Part shown: positions 48,399-58,304 of the stretch, one piece after another
How the letters are laid out: each line of letters begins with the position of its first letter
Position numbering within the stretch: the first letter of the stretch is position 1
Assembly: GCA_001791995.1 (NCBI GenBank)
Contig: MGFR01000005.1
Coordinates: 26,895-90,894 of the forward strand
Direction of reading: 5' to 3'
Length of the DNA: 64,000 bases
DNA from: Candidatus Woesebacteria bacterium RBG_13_46_13
GTDB taxonomy: Bacteria > Patescibacteriota > Microgenomatia > UBA8517
Position numbers and translations under genes: made by a program
The notes under the pieces: model-generated
Told to the model about the DNA's origin: nothing
What the model saw: the letters and a program-made list of their open reading frames with translations, nothing else
Database searches by the model: none

Positions 48399-50338
48399 TG
48401 TCTGACTTTAAATATCTCCGCTTCAGAATTTGAAAATATTTTTTCTACCCCCAAGAGGCCCTCGTTAAGGTTTAATTTGTAAAGAGTGGGTAAATAAATA
48501 TAGCTAATTTTATTTTCCAAAAGGAAAGCCTTATCCCAACCATAGTCTTTCCCGTAAAAGAATTTATTCGAATCCGCCAGTCTTCCTTTGTAATCGTTCT
48601 GAAATATCTCCTGCTGAAACTCATCCTCGACAAATGTTTCTTTTTTGGAAAACGCCGAAACGTAGGCGCTGGTTTCATAAACCGCCAGTGGGAAAGGTGA
48701 AGAATATTTGCTCCTTAGGTCCTTATTAAACGGATGTGTCAGAACCACTCCGTCCAGCTGGATCCCAAGAAAGCTCAGGGCTGCCGCTTCATCAGGGGTA
48801 ACTCTGGCCGGGGCTCCCTGAAAAGCACTCCTGAAAGTCGAGAGGGAGCTTAAGGGTGTTGCCAAAAACACGAGAGCCACCGCCAAAATGGCCAGATATT
48901 TAGGCAGGCTCTTGGCCAAAACAACAAGACCAAGCCCGGCAAAGACGGCGCAGAAATACAAGAAGTAATAGATAAACTGAATAGTGTTCCAGGGGTTTCC
49001 TTTTTGAATGAATAATAGGGTCGGGATAAAAGAAGAAGCGGATAAAAATGCAATGAAAAGCAAGGTTGGACTTTTCCAAAACTTCTTTTTGAAAAGCCCG
49101 GGAAGCCCCACAAGCGCAACCACTCTCGTTCCCAAATTCCCTACCACAAATATCGCCAATGCCAATATTTCGGCCAATACATACTTTGGCCAGAGGCCCA
49201 CCGAAAGATAACTAGCCCTCGCTTGCGACAGTCTAACCCAGCCGACCCTATCCGCAAAATCGACCATCGAGTCCACTAGCCAAAACGGTGAGAAGACGAT
49301 AAGTCCCGCGGAAGCGGAGTTGTTGGGAAGAAAAACCAACAGAGCCAAGATAAGCGCCGGAACAAAAACTTTTAAGTAAGCAAAATCCTTCTTAACCGCA
49401 CGAACCAAAGCGATGGCTCCCAGGGAAAAAAGGGCAACTGCCCCCGCGTAAACCTTAAATTCGATAAGGGTGCCGGAAACCAGTATCAACGCCAATCCCG
49501 ACGCCAGATTTCTTTTTTCCTCGAAAATCTGAAACAAGATAACCAGTGCCACCAAAAGAACCAAAGAAACCGCAAAAGGGGGGTTGAGGTTCATCGAAAC
49601 CGGTTGGTTTGCCCAAAATGCCGACTCCCCTCCCCAAAACCCACCCTTTATCCATTCGAGAATATAGCCGAAGCTCCCGCCGAAATAGACAAAAAACAAA
49701 GAAGCTGCCCCGACGTACCATTTATTAAACAGGGCCTTACAAAGCAGGTAAGTTCCAAGCCCCAACAGGAATGAAAAGAGTATCGGATAAAACCTGAAGA
49801 TTAAATCCGCCACCGGAACCCCGGACATGTGGGCAGTTGTGGCCACCAGGAGGTCATAAAAGTAGTGGTAGTTGGACAGCGTCGTTCCCGAAAGCCCCGG
49901 GTTTCCCGGTGGAGTTGCCTTAATAAGTTGATTAACCAGAGCCTGGTGCCAAACCCCGTCGTGTCCCAACGGTCCCCAATAGCCGATTCCGAAATCATAA
50001 ACAGTTCCCGACTTAAACGTCAGTGCGTTTTGAAAAATTATCCCGCCTAGAATAATTACGGCGATTATTAGGGTGGCCGGATTAACTTTCTGTCTGAAAT
50101 TCTTTAATTCGTTTAGGTCAAGTCCCCGGATATAAAAATAAGAAGATGCCGCGGCGAGCGCCAGCACCAGATAAATATTTACAAACGCGGCAAGGGTGGT
50201 AATTACTATTCCCAAGGACAGCGCCAAGAAAATAGCCAAGGCCCCGTTTAGTTTTAACCTGTTTACCAAAACGCTGCCCGTAACAAAGATAGCAAAAAAA
50301 AGAAAAATGGAGAATTTAAGTATTTCTAGGATAATCAT
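48395..50338 (-). CDS. large polytopic membrane protein (paralog of 44617..46605)
   Basis: 647 aa; motifs as above. Confidence 0.5.
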   Translation of the reverse strand: MIILEILKFSIFLFFAIFVTGSVLVNRLKLNGALAIFLALSLGIVITTLAAFVNIYLVLALAAASSYFYIRGLDLNELKNFRQKVNPATLIIAVIILGGIIFQNALTFKSGTVYDFGIGYWGPLGHDGVWHQALVNQLIKATPPGNPGLSGTTLSNYHYFYDLLVATTAHMSGVPVADLIFRFYPILFSFLLGLGTYLLCKALFNKWYVGAASLFFVYFGGSFGYILEWIKGGFWGGESAFWANQPVSMNLNPPFAVSLVLLVALVILFQIFEEKRNLASGLALILVSGTLIEFKVYAGAVALFSLGAIALVRAVKKDFAYLKVFVPALILALLVFLPNNSASAGLIVFSPFWLVDSMVDFADRVGWVRLSQARASYLSVGLWPKYVLAEILALAIFVVGNLGTRVVALVGLPGLFKKKFWKSPTLLFIAFLSASSFIPTLLFIQKGNPWNTIQFIYYFLYFCAVFAGLGLVVLAKSLPKYLAILAVALVFLATPLSSLSTFRSAFQGAPARVTPDEAAALSFLGIQLDGVVLTHPFNKDLRSKYSSPFPLAVYETSAYVSAFSKKETFVEDEFQQEIFQNDYKGRLADSNKFFYGKDYGWDKAFLLENKISYIYLPTLYKLNLNEGLLGVEKIFSNSEAEIFKVRQ

Positions 50339-51594
50339 TCCTTAGCCTCTTGGCTTTTGGGGAAAAGAATATATAAATAGTAAAAAGCAACTCCAACAAA
50401 AAGACTCTGGAAGATACTGCGCATCTGGTTTATATCCGGACTAACCCCAACAAGCTGCCAAATTCCGGGAAGTCCATAAAGCTTGGGCCAGATGGGAGCA
50501 AATAACCAAACCGAAAGACCCGGATCAAAAAAGCTCACCAGGAAAACAAAACTCACCAGGGAAAGGGCAACCATTACCCAATGTTTCAGATGTTTTACCA
50601 AATCGATAATCATAAACGGGGTTAGCCAGAGAAACCACTGGGGGTGGTAATGGGTAAAGATAAAGAAAATCAGCATCATGATAAAAAATCTCTTCCACAA
50701 AAGCTCAACCGTTGAGGTCTTGAAAAGAAACACCAGGTAGAAAAAAATGACAAAAACCAGAAATAACATAATCGACTCTCCTCCCGAAAGAGGAATTTGG
50801 GCATAAAGGCTTTTGGTCGTCTGGCCTGCCAAAAGAGCGGTTGTTCTAAATCCTTTTGAGGCAATGAAAGGCAGAATGGTGGCTATATAAGCCAAAACGC
50901 CTACGGTGACAATCTTGATCCTTTCCAACCAACTTTTCTTTAAAGATGCCAAAGGAACAAGAAAAAGCAGAGGAAAGATTTTAAAGGCTCCGCCAAGACC
51001 CAAAAGCAAAGCCTCCAATAGCAAACTCTTTTGGCCTACGTCTTTCTTTTTAACAACCAAGTAAAGACACAAAACCGAGAAGAAAACAGGGATAATATCA
51101 AACTGCCCCACCATGTAGGTAGCGTAGAGATTTACGGGATTAAATATCCAAAACGAGAATCCCAAGAGTTTCTCCCTATCCGTCTTAAATAAGGCCATCA
51201 GAAGATAGGCAACTGCGATATCGAAAGCAAAATAAGGAAGCTTTAATAACAGAAGCAGCAGGTTTAACTGCCAATTGCCCAGGGTCGAGCTGAAATTAAG
51301 AATAAAGTTGGCATGGACCGCCGGATCAACTATCCAGCTAACTACTCTAGTGGCGGGTCCCAGAAAAAAGTAAACGGCCGGGGGGTAGTTAAATAAGTTT
51401 TTGGGGTAAACGGCTAGGATAGGACTATCCTGGGGAAGATTCCACAAGTAATCATAGAAGTTTGCGATATTCCCTTTGGCAATTATTCCACCCGCAAAAT
51501 CAAATGGTGCAACATCCGAATGATAGGTGGCCAAGGATAGGATAATCCGCAGAACTATCCCTATCAGCAGAATCTTGATTATTTTACTTTTCAT
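50335..51594 (-). CDS. polytopic membrane protein, DUF2029/GT87-like paralog
   Basis: 419 aa; motifs shared with 47193..48398. Confidence 0.4.
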   Translation of the reverse strand: MKSKIIKILLIGIVLRIILSLATYHSDVAPFDFAGGIIAKGNIANFYDYLWNLPQDSPILAVYPKNLFNYPPAVYFFLGPATRVVSWIVDPAVHANFILNFSSTLGNWQLNLLLLLLKLPYFAFDIAVAYLLMALFKTDREKLLGFSFWIFNPVNLYATYMVGQFDIIPVFFSVLCLYLVVKKKDVGQKSLLLEALLLGLGGAFKIFPLLFLVPLASLKKSWLERIKIVTVGVLAYIATILPFIASKGFRTTALLAGQTTKSLYAQIPLSGGESIMLFLVFVIFFYLVFLFKTSTVELLWKRFFIMMLIFFIFTHYHPQWFLWLTPFMIIDLVKHLKHWVMVALSLVSFVFLVSFFDPGLSVWLFAPIWPKLYGLPGIWQLVGVSPDINQMRSIFQSLFVGVAFYYLYILFPKSQEAKE

Positions 51595-53257
51595 TTTTTC
51601 TTTTAATTACCAGAAACATTGCAGTTGTAATCGCTCCCAAAGAAACAAAATTAGTTACTTTCCTCAACGGAGCCTCGCGATACTCAACGACCACCTCATG
51701 GGTCCCTCCCGGCACCTTCAGGGATATTTGCCCGTATGGTACGCCGCTTAAGATATCGGTGCCAACTCCATCTATTTTAGCAACCCACCCTGGGAAATTG
51801 TATTTGTTGTAGGAAAGAATAAATTCCTCCGGGTAGTTAGTCACAATTCTCGCATCCAGTGGGTTAATTTCTTCAATTATCAGGTTGGCCCTAACGTTCG
51901 AGTAGGCGCGGGGGTAAACCATGGAAGGCCTGACCAGATTGTCTTTGGGCAAACGCAAATACTCCTCAGATGTCCGGCGATATTCGGCACTTGCCGCGGG
52001 ATATGGAATATACCTGTCGACATAATACTCGTCGGCCCTGCCCAAAAACTTTTCCGGTTTGAAGTAAAGAAAGTTCAGGGCAATTGCGGCTACAATAATT
52101 ACCCCAGCCACAATCCTGGCGTGTTTAAATTTGGAAAATCCAATCAAAAATAAAGGAGAAGAAAACACTATCATTGTCAGAAAGCGCCAGGGAAACTGAA
52201 AATATGGCAAAAGGGGGATAGATTTCCAGAGAATATCCGAGCGGTGGTTCATCATAAAGATGCTTAGTACAAAGATGCCGATAGCCCAAATCAGAACTGT
52301 CTTTTCCTTTACCCCAAAGCCCTTCCAGCTCTTTATAGCCAAGGCTCCTCCCACTACAACTGTCAACAAGCCTATGATGCCGATATAAAAAGACATGCCG
52401 TCATATGGCCCTGGAACGGATGCGCCGTAGCCGAAATAGGGGGTAATAAGCTGCTTAAGTGTGGCGAAGTGGTCAAAATAGTTATAAACGGTCGAATATT
52501 TAACTAACCCGCTCTCATAAATGGCCGGAAACCAAAAATACGCGGATGCCAAAAGTCCCAAAATAATTGCCCAAAAAGACCTGAGCAAATAGGTGATTTT
52601 ATCCTGCTTGGCAGAGATGATAAGCACCACAAGTAGGATAAGGGCAAAGGGAAAAAACATATAAGCCAAAATATTGTGCGACAATACAAGAGCGGCAATT
52701 GAAAGTGCCGAAATTCCTATCCATTTTATCCCCGAATCTTTTTGGGTCAGCCGGATAAAAGAAAGGGCAACCAAAGGAATAAAAACAAAGGCTACTATCT
52801 CCCCTATCGCTCCCCTAACAAAAATTTCGGTTGCCCGGTAAGGAGCGTAAACATAAAGTACGGCTCCAGCCAGACTTAGGGGCTTATCAACCAATTCCCT
52901 GAGGAGTTTGTACATGAAGTACATCGAGAAAGGAATGCTTAAACCAAAAACAAGTTTGGCTGCATCCACCAAAGAAAAACCAAAAAGGTGGAAGATCTCT
53001 CCGATATAAAAGGGCAAGGGATAAACGAAATTAAACAAGGGATAGCCGAATCCGAAACTTAAGTCGGGAACAAACCTGGGAGGAATCTGAAACATTTTCA
53101 CTGCCCTGTCCATCTCATAAAGCCAACCTATCAGGGTGTCATCCGACACGCCGAAAAATCCGGGCACTACAAGCGTCCAAACGGCCGGGAGCGACAGGGC
53201 CAGTACAACAAGAAAGATATGTTTAGCGAAAAATCTTTTTACTTTTTCCATAGACAA
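51584..53257 (-). CDS. GT-C-like polytopic membrane protein with C-terminal 'PGW-x-VDG' beta-domain (YfhO/PTPS-related-like)
   Basis: N-terminal loop VPGFFGVSDDTLIGWLYEMDR...FQIPPRFVPD; C-terminal FPGWVAKIDGVGTD. Paralogous to the next two genes. Confidence 0.45.
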   Translation of the reverse strand: MSMEKVKRFFAKHIFLVVLALSLPAVWTLVVPGFFGVSDDTLIGWLYEMDRAVKMFQIPPRFVPDLSFGFGYPLFNFVYPLPFYIGEIFHLFGFSLVDAAKLVFGLSIPFSMYFMYKLLRELVDKPLSLAGAVLYVYAPYRATEIFVRGAIGEIVAFVFIPLVALSFIRLTQKDSGIKWIGISALSIAALVLSHNILAYMFFPFALILLVVLIISAKQDKITYLLRSFWAIILGLLASAYFWFPAIYESGLVKYSTVYNYFDHFATLKQLITPYFGYGASVPGPYDGMSFYIGIIGLLTVVVGGALAIKSWKGFGVKEKTVLIWAIGIFVLSIFMMNHRSDILWKSIPLLPYFQFPWRFLTMIVFSSPLFLIGFSKFKHARIVAGVIIVAAIALNFLYFKPEKFLGRADEYYVDRYIPYPAASAEYRRTSEEYLRLPKDNLVRPSMVYPRAYSNVRANLIIEEINPLDARIVTNYPEEFILSYNKYNFPGWVAKIDGVGTDILSGVPYGQISLKVPGGTHEVVVEYREAPLRKVTNFVSLGAITTAMFLVIKRKNEK

Positions 53258-54956
53258 GAGCAGTTAGAAACAACAGCGCCGAAACCAAAGATACCGCATT
53301 GGCCACGGCCCTTATCGGAGTATTTGTAAAATTTCCTGCTACTGTGTGGCTACCCCTTTCCAAATTAACCGCTATCCGTCCCAGAAGGTTCTGGTGATAA
53401 ACCGCTTCCTCTTTGCCGTCCACCTGCACCTTCCAGCCGGGAAAGTAAAAAACGGAAAGCTCGATCTGGGAAGTCCTGGCAACCTCGGCTTTAAAGCTAA
53501 ATCCGTTTGATTTATTGATAAAATCCTTAACGCTGGCCATTCCGCTGACAACAAAAGGTGCTACTGGGGCTTTTTCTTTCGGTTCTGAAGCGGTTCTGGG
53601 CAGATAGTCCAAGATTGCCCCCTTCTGCTGTTCTTCCCAAGCCGCCCCGGTTAATTTTTGGTTATCGGAAAGCCCGTAATAAAAATCCCGGGGTGCAAAA
53701 TATTCCCAGTTTAGGACAAACGCCAAAACAATTATTAAAACCGAAGCCGTAAGTTTCCATCTTTCCCCCAGGGCAGATACGGCAAATCCCGCCAGGAGCG
53801 ATGCCGAAAATATGCTCAAGGATAAAAATCTCCAAGGGAACTGAAAGAACTTGAGGATAGAGATCCGTTCCCAGATAAACGCCGACTTATTATGTGTCAT
53901 GAATATCGAAAAAGTAAAAAGGCCTAAAAGTATTAGCGCTAAAAGCTTGTGTTCCCTTTTTACTTTTTTAAGGAAAAGTACAGCGGCTGCCGCAAGCACA
54001 GTCCACCATAAAGGCCAGCCGATTTGGAAGGAGATTGTATCCCCCGTTCCCAAGATCGAAGCCCCGTAGCCCCAGGTTCTATCCAAAAATAATTGCTTTA
54101 TTGAAACAAAGTGTGCCCTGAAGTCCAATTCAAACCTGGTTAAGGCCTCCGTCTGAACCAAGGATTTCTCCAAGAAAGCGGGCAGGATAAAAAATGCAGC
54201 AAGTCCGAAACCCAGTACCGTCGCAACAATGACCCCTTTAAGGTTATTGAATTTTTCCTGCCAAAGCCAAAATATTACGAATATTGCCAATACGGGGGTA
54301 AAGAGAATAGTCATAATATTGTGCGTAATCAAAAATGCGGCCAGGAAAAGTGTGGCCAGGACAAACGAGGATTTGCTGCGCTCTTTGATGAATTTATAGA
54401 AGAACAGCAAGACAAAGGGCACCAAACTCATGGCAAAAAGCTCGGCTACCGCTCCCCTGACATAGGCATCCAAGGCCCTATAAGGGGCCAGTAGATATAA
54501 AGAACCAGCAACTAAAGCAGGATTTACCCCGAATAACTTTTTGACCAGAAAATAGATCCCGAGTCCCCCGCCCAAAAGCGAAACAAGAAATAAGAATTTG
54601 GCGGAAGCGATGTAGCCCGCCACAAAACTAACCAGTGCTCCGAGATAATAAGGCAGAACACCGTAGAAATTAAAAAGCGGAAATCCGTTGCCGTAACCCA
54701 TATCCGGTACCCAACGGCAGGGAATCTGAAAATCGGTAAGGCAGCGCCGCATCTCGAAAATTCTGATTACCTGCAAATCGTCATGGTGGGGAAAATAACC
54801 CCGAACAAAAAGTGGCCAACAGATAGAAATTCCCAAAACCAGCAAAAGCACTATCTGCCAGTTTTTTTTGAGAAGATTAAAGACCTTCATTTTCTTCTGA
54901 GCCAGACCGCAACTACGAATCCGACGGTAACCAGGGAGATGATATCCCCTACCCAT
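53223..54956 (-). CDS. GT-C-like membrane protein, same family (paralog)
   Basis: YFPHHDDLQVIRIFEMRRCLTDFQIPCRWVPDMGYGNGFPLF; C-terminal YFPGWKVQVDGKE. Confidence 0.45.
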   Translation of the reverse strand: MGRGYHLPGYRRIRSCGLAQKKMKVFNLLKKNWQIVLLLVLGISICWPLFVRGYFPHHDDLQVIRIFEMRRCLTDFQIPCRWVPDMGYGNGFPLFNFYGVLPYYLGALVSFVAGYIASAKFLFLVSLLGGGLGIYFLVKKLFGVNPALVAGSLYLLAPYRALDAYVRGAVAELFAMSLVPFVLLFFYKFIKERSKSSFVLATLFLAAFLITHNIMTILFTPVLAIFVIFWLWQEKFNNLKGVIVATVLGFGLAAFFILPAFLEKSLVQTEALTRFELDFRAHFVSIKQLFLDRTWGYGASILGTGDTISFQIGWPLWWTVLAAAAVLFLKKVKREHKLLALILLGLFTFSIFMTHNKSAFIWERISILKFFQFPWRFLSLSIFSASLLAGFAVSALGERWKLTASVLIIVLAFVLNWEYFAPRDFYYGLSDNQKLTGAAWEEQQKGAILDYLPRTASEPKEKAPVAPFVVSGMASVKDFINKSNGFSFKAEVARTSQIELSVFYFPGWKVQVDGKEEAVYHQNLLGRIAVNLERGSHTVAGNFTNTPIRAVANAVSLVSALLFLTALVYGKSKKIFR

Positions 54957-57316
54957 CTCGCCGGAGTTCGTCCTAGCTTAACTTCAATTTTATGCATTCC
55001 CGGGGCAATATTAAAGCTCACGAGCCCCAAACAGTACTCTTGGCCCCTGCAATCGTTATTAACGTGGGCTACGACTTTTCCGTCAACCATGACCTTCATC
55101 CCGGGAAAATCGAAGATGGGGAGCCTAATTAACGCCTCTTTCGTAACCGTAACTTCTCCTGTTTGAAAATTGGATCCCTTTTCGTAACTAATAAAGTTGG
55201 CCTCCCCCTCCAAAACCTCCGGGATATCAGATGCTTTTGACGGTGGAGGAAGTTTGGCATATATCGGCAGATAGTCGAAAATGCTAATCGTCAGCTGTTT
55301 TTCCCAAGAGGCACCCGAGAATTTATCCGTATCGGTTATATTCAACCAAGCTTTGGGAACAAAGAAATTCGCATACAGGATAAAGGCTGCAATAACTGCT
55401 GCGATCCCCAACAGGTAGCGAAACTTCCCCGCGAAATAGACAGCCAATCCGGAAAGAATTGCCAACAAGAATATGCTGATCGACAAAAACCGCCAAGGAA
55501 ACTGCAACCAATGAAGAAAAGGCAGCTTTTCCCAGATAAAACTGGATTTAAGGTGCATCATAAAAAGGACCAGAAGTTCCGAGCCAACAAAGACAAAAGT
55601 CAGAGTGGCCAGTTTTCTCTCCTTCTTAAATCTGAATGCGGCAAGAACTCCCGCCAGGATTCCGATAAGCCATTGGACTATTCCGGTTGAAAGATTTAAT
55701 TTTTCGGCAGGAAAACCCGAAGAGCCGTAGCCCCACTCCATCGAGAGAAAAAGCTTGTAGACATTTACAAAATGGGCCCGGTAATCAAAATACCCGGAAA
55801 GAAGCGATTCCAAGTGTGCATACTTTCGCTCCAAGAGAAGAGGAATCAAGTAAAAAGCCGACAAACCAAGTCCCAAAAGCCCCGCCAGGATAATTTTTCC
55901 AACCACCTTCCACTTTTTCTCGGTATATATCCAATAACCTATCCAGACAAGCAGAAACGGAGCAAAAATCATCGAAATCAAGCTGTGTGTGGTCAAAAGC
56001 AGAAGAATCGAAATTGCGGTCCAGATTATATATCTTGTTTTTGCCTTTGTAGTGAGCCGGTAGGTCGCCCAAAATGCCAAGGGAAGAAACGCCAAAGACC
56101 AAAATTCATTTAAGGCTCCTCTGACAAAAACCTCAACGGCTTTATAAGGAACATAGGAATAGATGAGGGCCGCAACTACCCCCGGCCAATTCCCCAAGAA
56201 GGACTTAACCAGAACAAACATCGCCAGAGCCGAGGCAATATAGCCCAAAACGAAAAGAACCTTGACCGCGTCGATATATTGAAGTCCGATGCGGTGCAGA
56301 AGAGCCCCTACGTAGTAAACGGACGGCGGATAATAAATGAATTGGGGATATCCGTATTGATAGCCGGCATCCGGCACCCAGCGGCAGGGAATTTGGAAAT
56401 CGTCAAAGCATTTGTCCATCTGCTGGACCCTAAAGGCCTGCAAATCATCCTGCATCGGGAAAAAGCCGGGTCGGACAAGTCTAAAAAAGGTCGGGACAAT
56501 AAGGGCGGTGATTAAAAGAGCCAGCAGCAAGTTTCTGTTAAGCTTCTGCCCCAACCACATAATGGCTGTTATAATGAAGTGTTTTAACCTCCCGTGGTAA
56601 ATCTTGCTTGAAGGAATAAGCCGCCTCCACTGATTAGTATTCCCAGCTATCCCCTTTCCGCTTTCCCCGTGGTAATGGATAATTTCTGCCCGGGGCAGAT
56701 AGTAAGTTTTCAATCCGGCCCTTTTTACCTGCCTGCAATAATCCAAATCCTCAAAATACATAAAGTACCGGGAATCCAACTTCCCTACTTTTTTAAGGGC
56801 CTGTGGAGTAATTAAAAATGCAGCGCCGACTATGGCGTCTACTTTAGTGGGGCTTATCCCGACCGGAGCAAATTTATCGTAATGGCCTTCCTCGCCGAAC
56901 CAGTATTGCTTGAGTGCCCCGGCTATCCCCGGAAAATTGAAACACGAGGCCTGGACAGAGCCATCCTTATTTAACAGTTTTGCCCCAACCACTCCCGCAT
57001 CCGGGGTATCTTTGGCAAACTCCACGAGTTTATCGATGGCGCCCTTTCTAACCAGCGTATCCGAATTTAAAAGAAGGATATATGTTCCTTTTGATGCCTC
57101 AATCCCTTGATTGACTGCTTTGGCAAAGCCTAAATTCTCCTTGTTTATTATTAAGCGAAAATCCGCTGCCGGTAAGGTAAATCCGTCTTGGCTGCTATTT
57201 TCGACTACTATAATTTCGAAAGGAATGCTTGTATTTTTCTTAACGGAGGCGATGCAGTCCTCTACCAGTTTTCTGGTATTATAGTTGACTATTATTACCG
57301 AGATTGTGGGCTTCAC
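54887..57316 (-). CDS. fusion protein: N-terminal GT2 glycosyltransferase + C-terminal GT-C-like membrane domain of the 'PGW-x-VDG' family
   Basis: N-terminal MKPTISVIIVNYNTRKLVEDCIASV...IIVVENSSQDG...LLLNSDTLV (GT2). Then FFPMQDDLQAFRVQQMDKCFDDFQIPCRWVPDAGYQYGYPQF... and C-terminal FDFPGMKVMVDGK. 809 aa. Confidence 0.7.
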   Translation of the reverse strand: MKPTISVIIVNYNTRKLVEDCIASVKKNTSIPFEIIVVENSSQDGFTLPAADFRLIINKENLGFAKAVNQGIEASKGTYILLLNSDTLVRKGAIDKLVEFAKDTPDAGVVGAKLLNKDGSVQASCFNFPGIAGALKQYWFGEEGHYDKFAPVGISPTKVDAIVGAAFLITPQALKKVGKLDSRYFMYFEDLDYCRQVKRAGLKTYYLPRAEIIHYHGESGKGIAGNTNQWRRLIPSSKIYHGRLKHFIITAIMWLGQKLNRNLLLALLITALIVPTFFRLVRPGFFPMQDDLQAFRVQQMDKCFDDFQIPCRWVPDAGYQYGYPQFIYYPPSVYYVGALLHRIGLQYIDAVKVLFVLGYIASALAMFVLVKSFLGNWPGVVAALIYSYVPYKAVEVFVRGALNEFWSLAFLPLAFWATYRLTTKAKTRYIIWTAISILLLLTTHSLISMIFAPFLLVWIGYWIYTEKKWKVVGKIILAGLLGLGLSAFYLIPLLLERKYAHLESLLSGYFDYRAHFVNVYKLFLSMEWGYGSSGFPAEKLNLSTGIVQWLIGILAGVLAAFRFKKERKLATLTFVFVGSELLVLFMMHLKSSFIWEKLPFLHWLQFPWRFLSISIFLLAILSGLAVYFAGKFRYLLGIAAVIAAFILYANFFVPKAWLNITDTDKFSGASWEKQLTISIFDYLPIYAKLPPPSKASDIPEVLEGEANFISYEKGSNFQTGEVTVTKEALIRLPIFDFPGMKVMVDGKVVAHVNNDCRGQEYCLGLVSFNIAPGMHKIEVKLGRTPARWVGDIISLVTVGFVVAVWLRRK

Positions 57317-58212
57317 GTCGCGAATCTAGAAAATATTGCTTCGTCGGAAACTTGCGCCTCTTTCCTCTCTTTTCTTCTGGCTTTGACCACGGTGCCTAAT
57401 TTTAAAAGGGCCGAAAGAACAATTCTGGTGTAACCGGGGTGTCTTGCCATTCTCGAAAAAAGTGCGCTGAGGTGTTTCCTGAAAAGATTCTGGCTGGTGA
57501 TATTTTTCCAGATAAATAAAAGTTCGTTACGCTGTCTTATTCTTTGGGTATACGACTTATTCAGTGTCGATATCGTAGATTCATGATGGTGTTCAACCAA
57601 GGCAGCCGGCTCCCAAATCACCTTATAACCCCGTTTATAGGCCCGGTAAGAAAGGTCGATGTCTTCCCAATAAAAAGGCGAGAACAATTTCTCATCCATC
57701 CCGCCGAGAGCCAACCAGGTTTTCCTCCTGAAAACCGCGCTTCCTCCGCTGGCCCATAAAGACAAATGGGAACTGCCGGTCACCGGACCCGGAGAATGAT
57801 GCAAAAATCCTTGCTTGAAATCCCCTTTTGCCCAAGAATAGTCTTTTTCTTTGAAGGATACGGCAAATACACGCTCGTCCTCAAAATGTTTCAGGGCTTC
57901 TTGTAGGAATTCCCTAGAGGGGGCTACGTCGGTATTGATAAGCGCAACCAAGCTACCTTTGGCCATTCTGACCCCGGTATTTACTGCAGCTGAAAATCCC
58001 CTATTAACCTTATGTGTAATTATTTTTAGGGAAGGAAATCTTTCTTTTAAACCCGCAGCCTTCTCAACCGGCGAGCCGTCATCAACAACAATTATTTCGG
58101 AGATTGCGTTGGACTCAACCTCCTTGGCCTCAATTACTTTGGGTAAATTGGCCAACAGCAGTCCCTTGGTATTGTAGTAGGGAATAATTATTGAAACCGA
58201 TAAGTCTTTCAT
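57313..58212 (-). CDS. GT2-family glycosyltransferase
   Basis: VSIIIPYYNTKGLLLANLPKV...IIVVDDGSP...ALINTDV. Confidence 0.8.
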   Translation of the reverse strand: MKDLSVSIIIPYYNTKGLLLANLPKVIEAKEVESNAISEIIVVDDGSPVEKAAGLKERFPSLKIITHKVNRGFSAAVNTGVRMAKGSLVALINTDVAPSREFLQEALKHFEDERVFAVSFKEKDYSWAKGDFKQGFLHHSPGPVTGSSHLSLWASGGSAVFRRKTWLALGGMDEKLFSPFYWEDIDLSYRAYKRGYKVIWEPAALVEHHHESTISTLNKSYTQRIRQRNELLFIWKNITSQNLFRKHLSALFSRMARHPGYTRIVLSALLKLGTVVKARRKERKEAQVSDEAIFSRFAT

Positions 58213-58304
58213 TTTCTTACCCTGACCACATGCAACATTCCCAAATTAAATTTCTTGTCTACCTCCATGCCTATTTTAAACGAATGGGAGCCTGTAAGGA
58301 AGAG

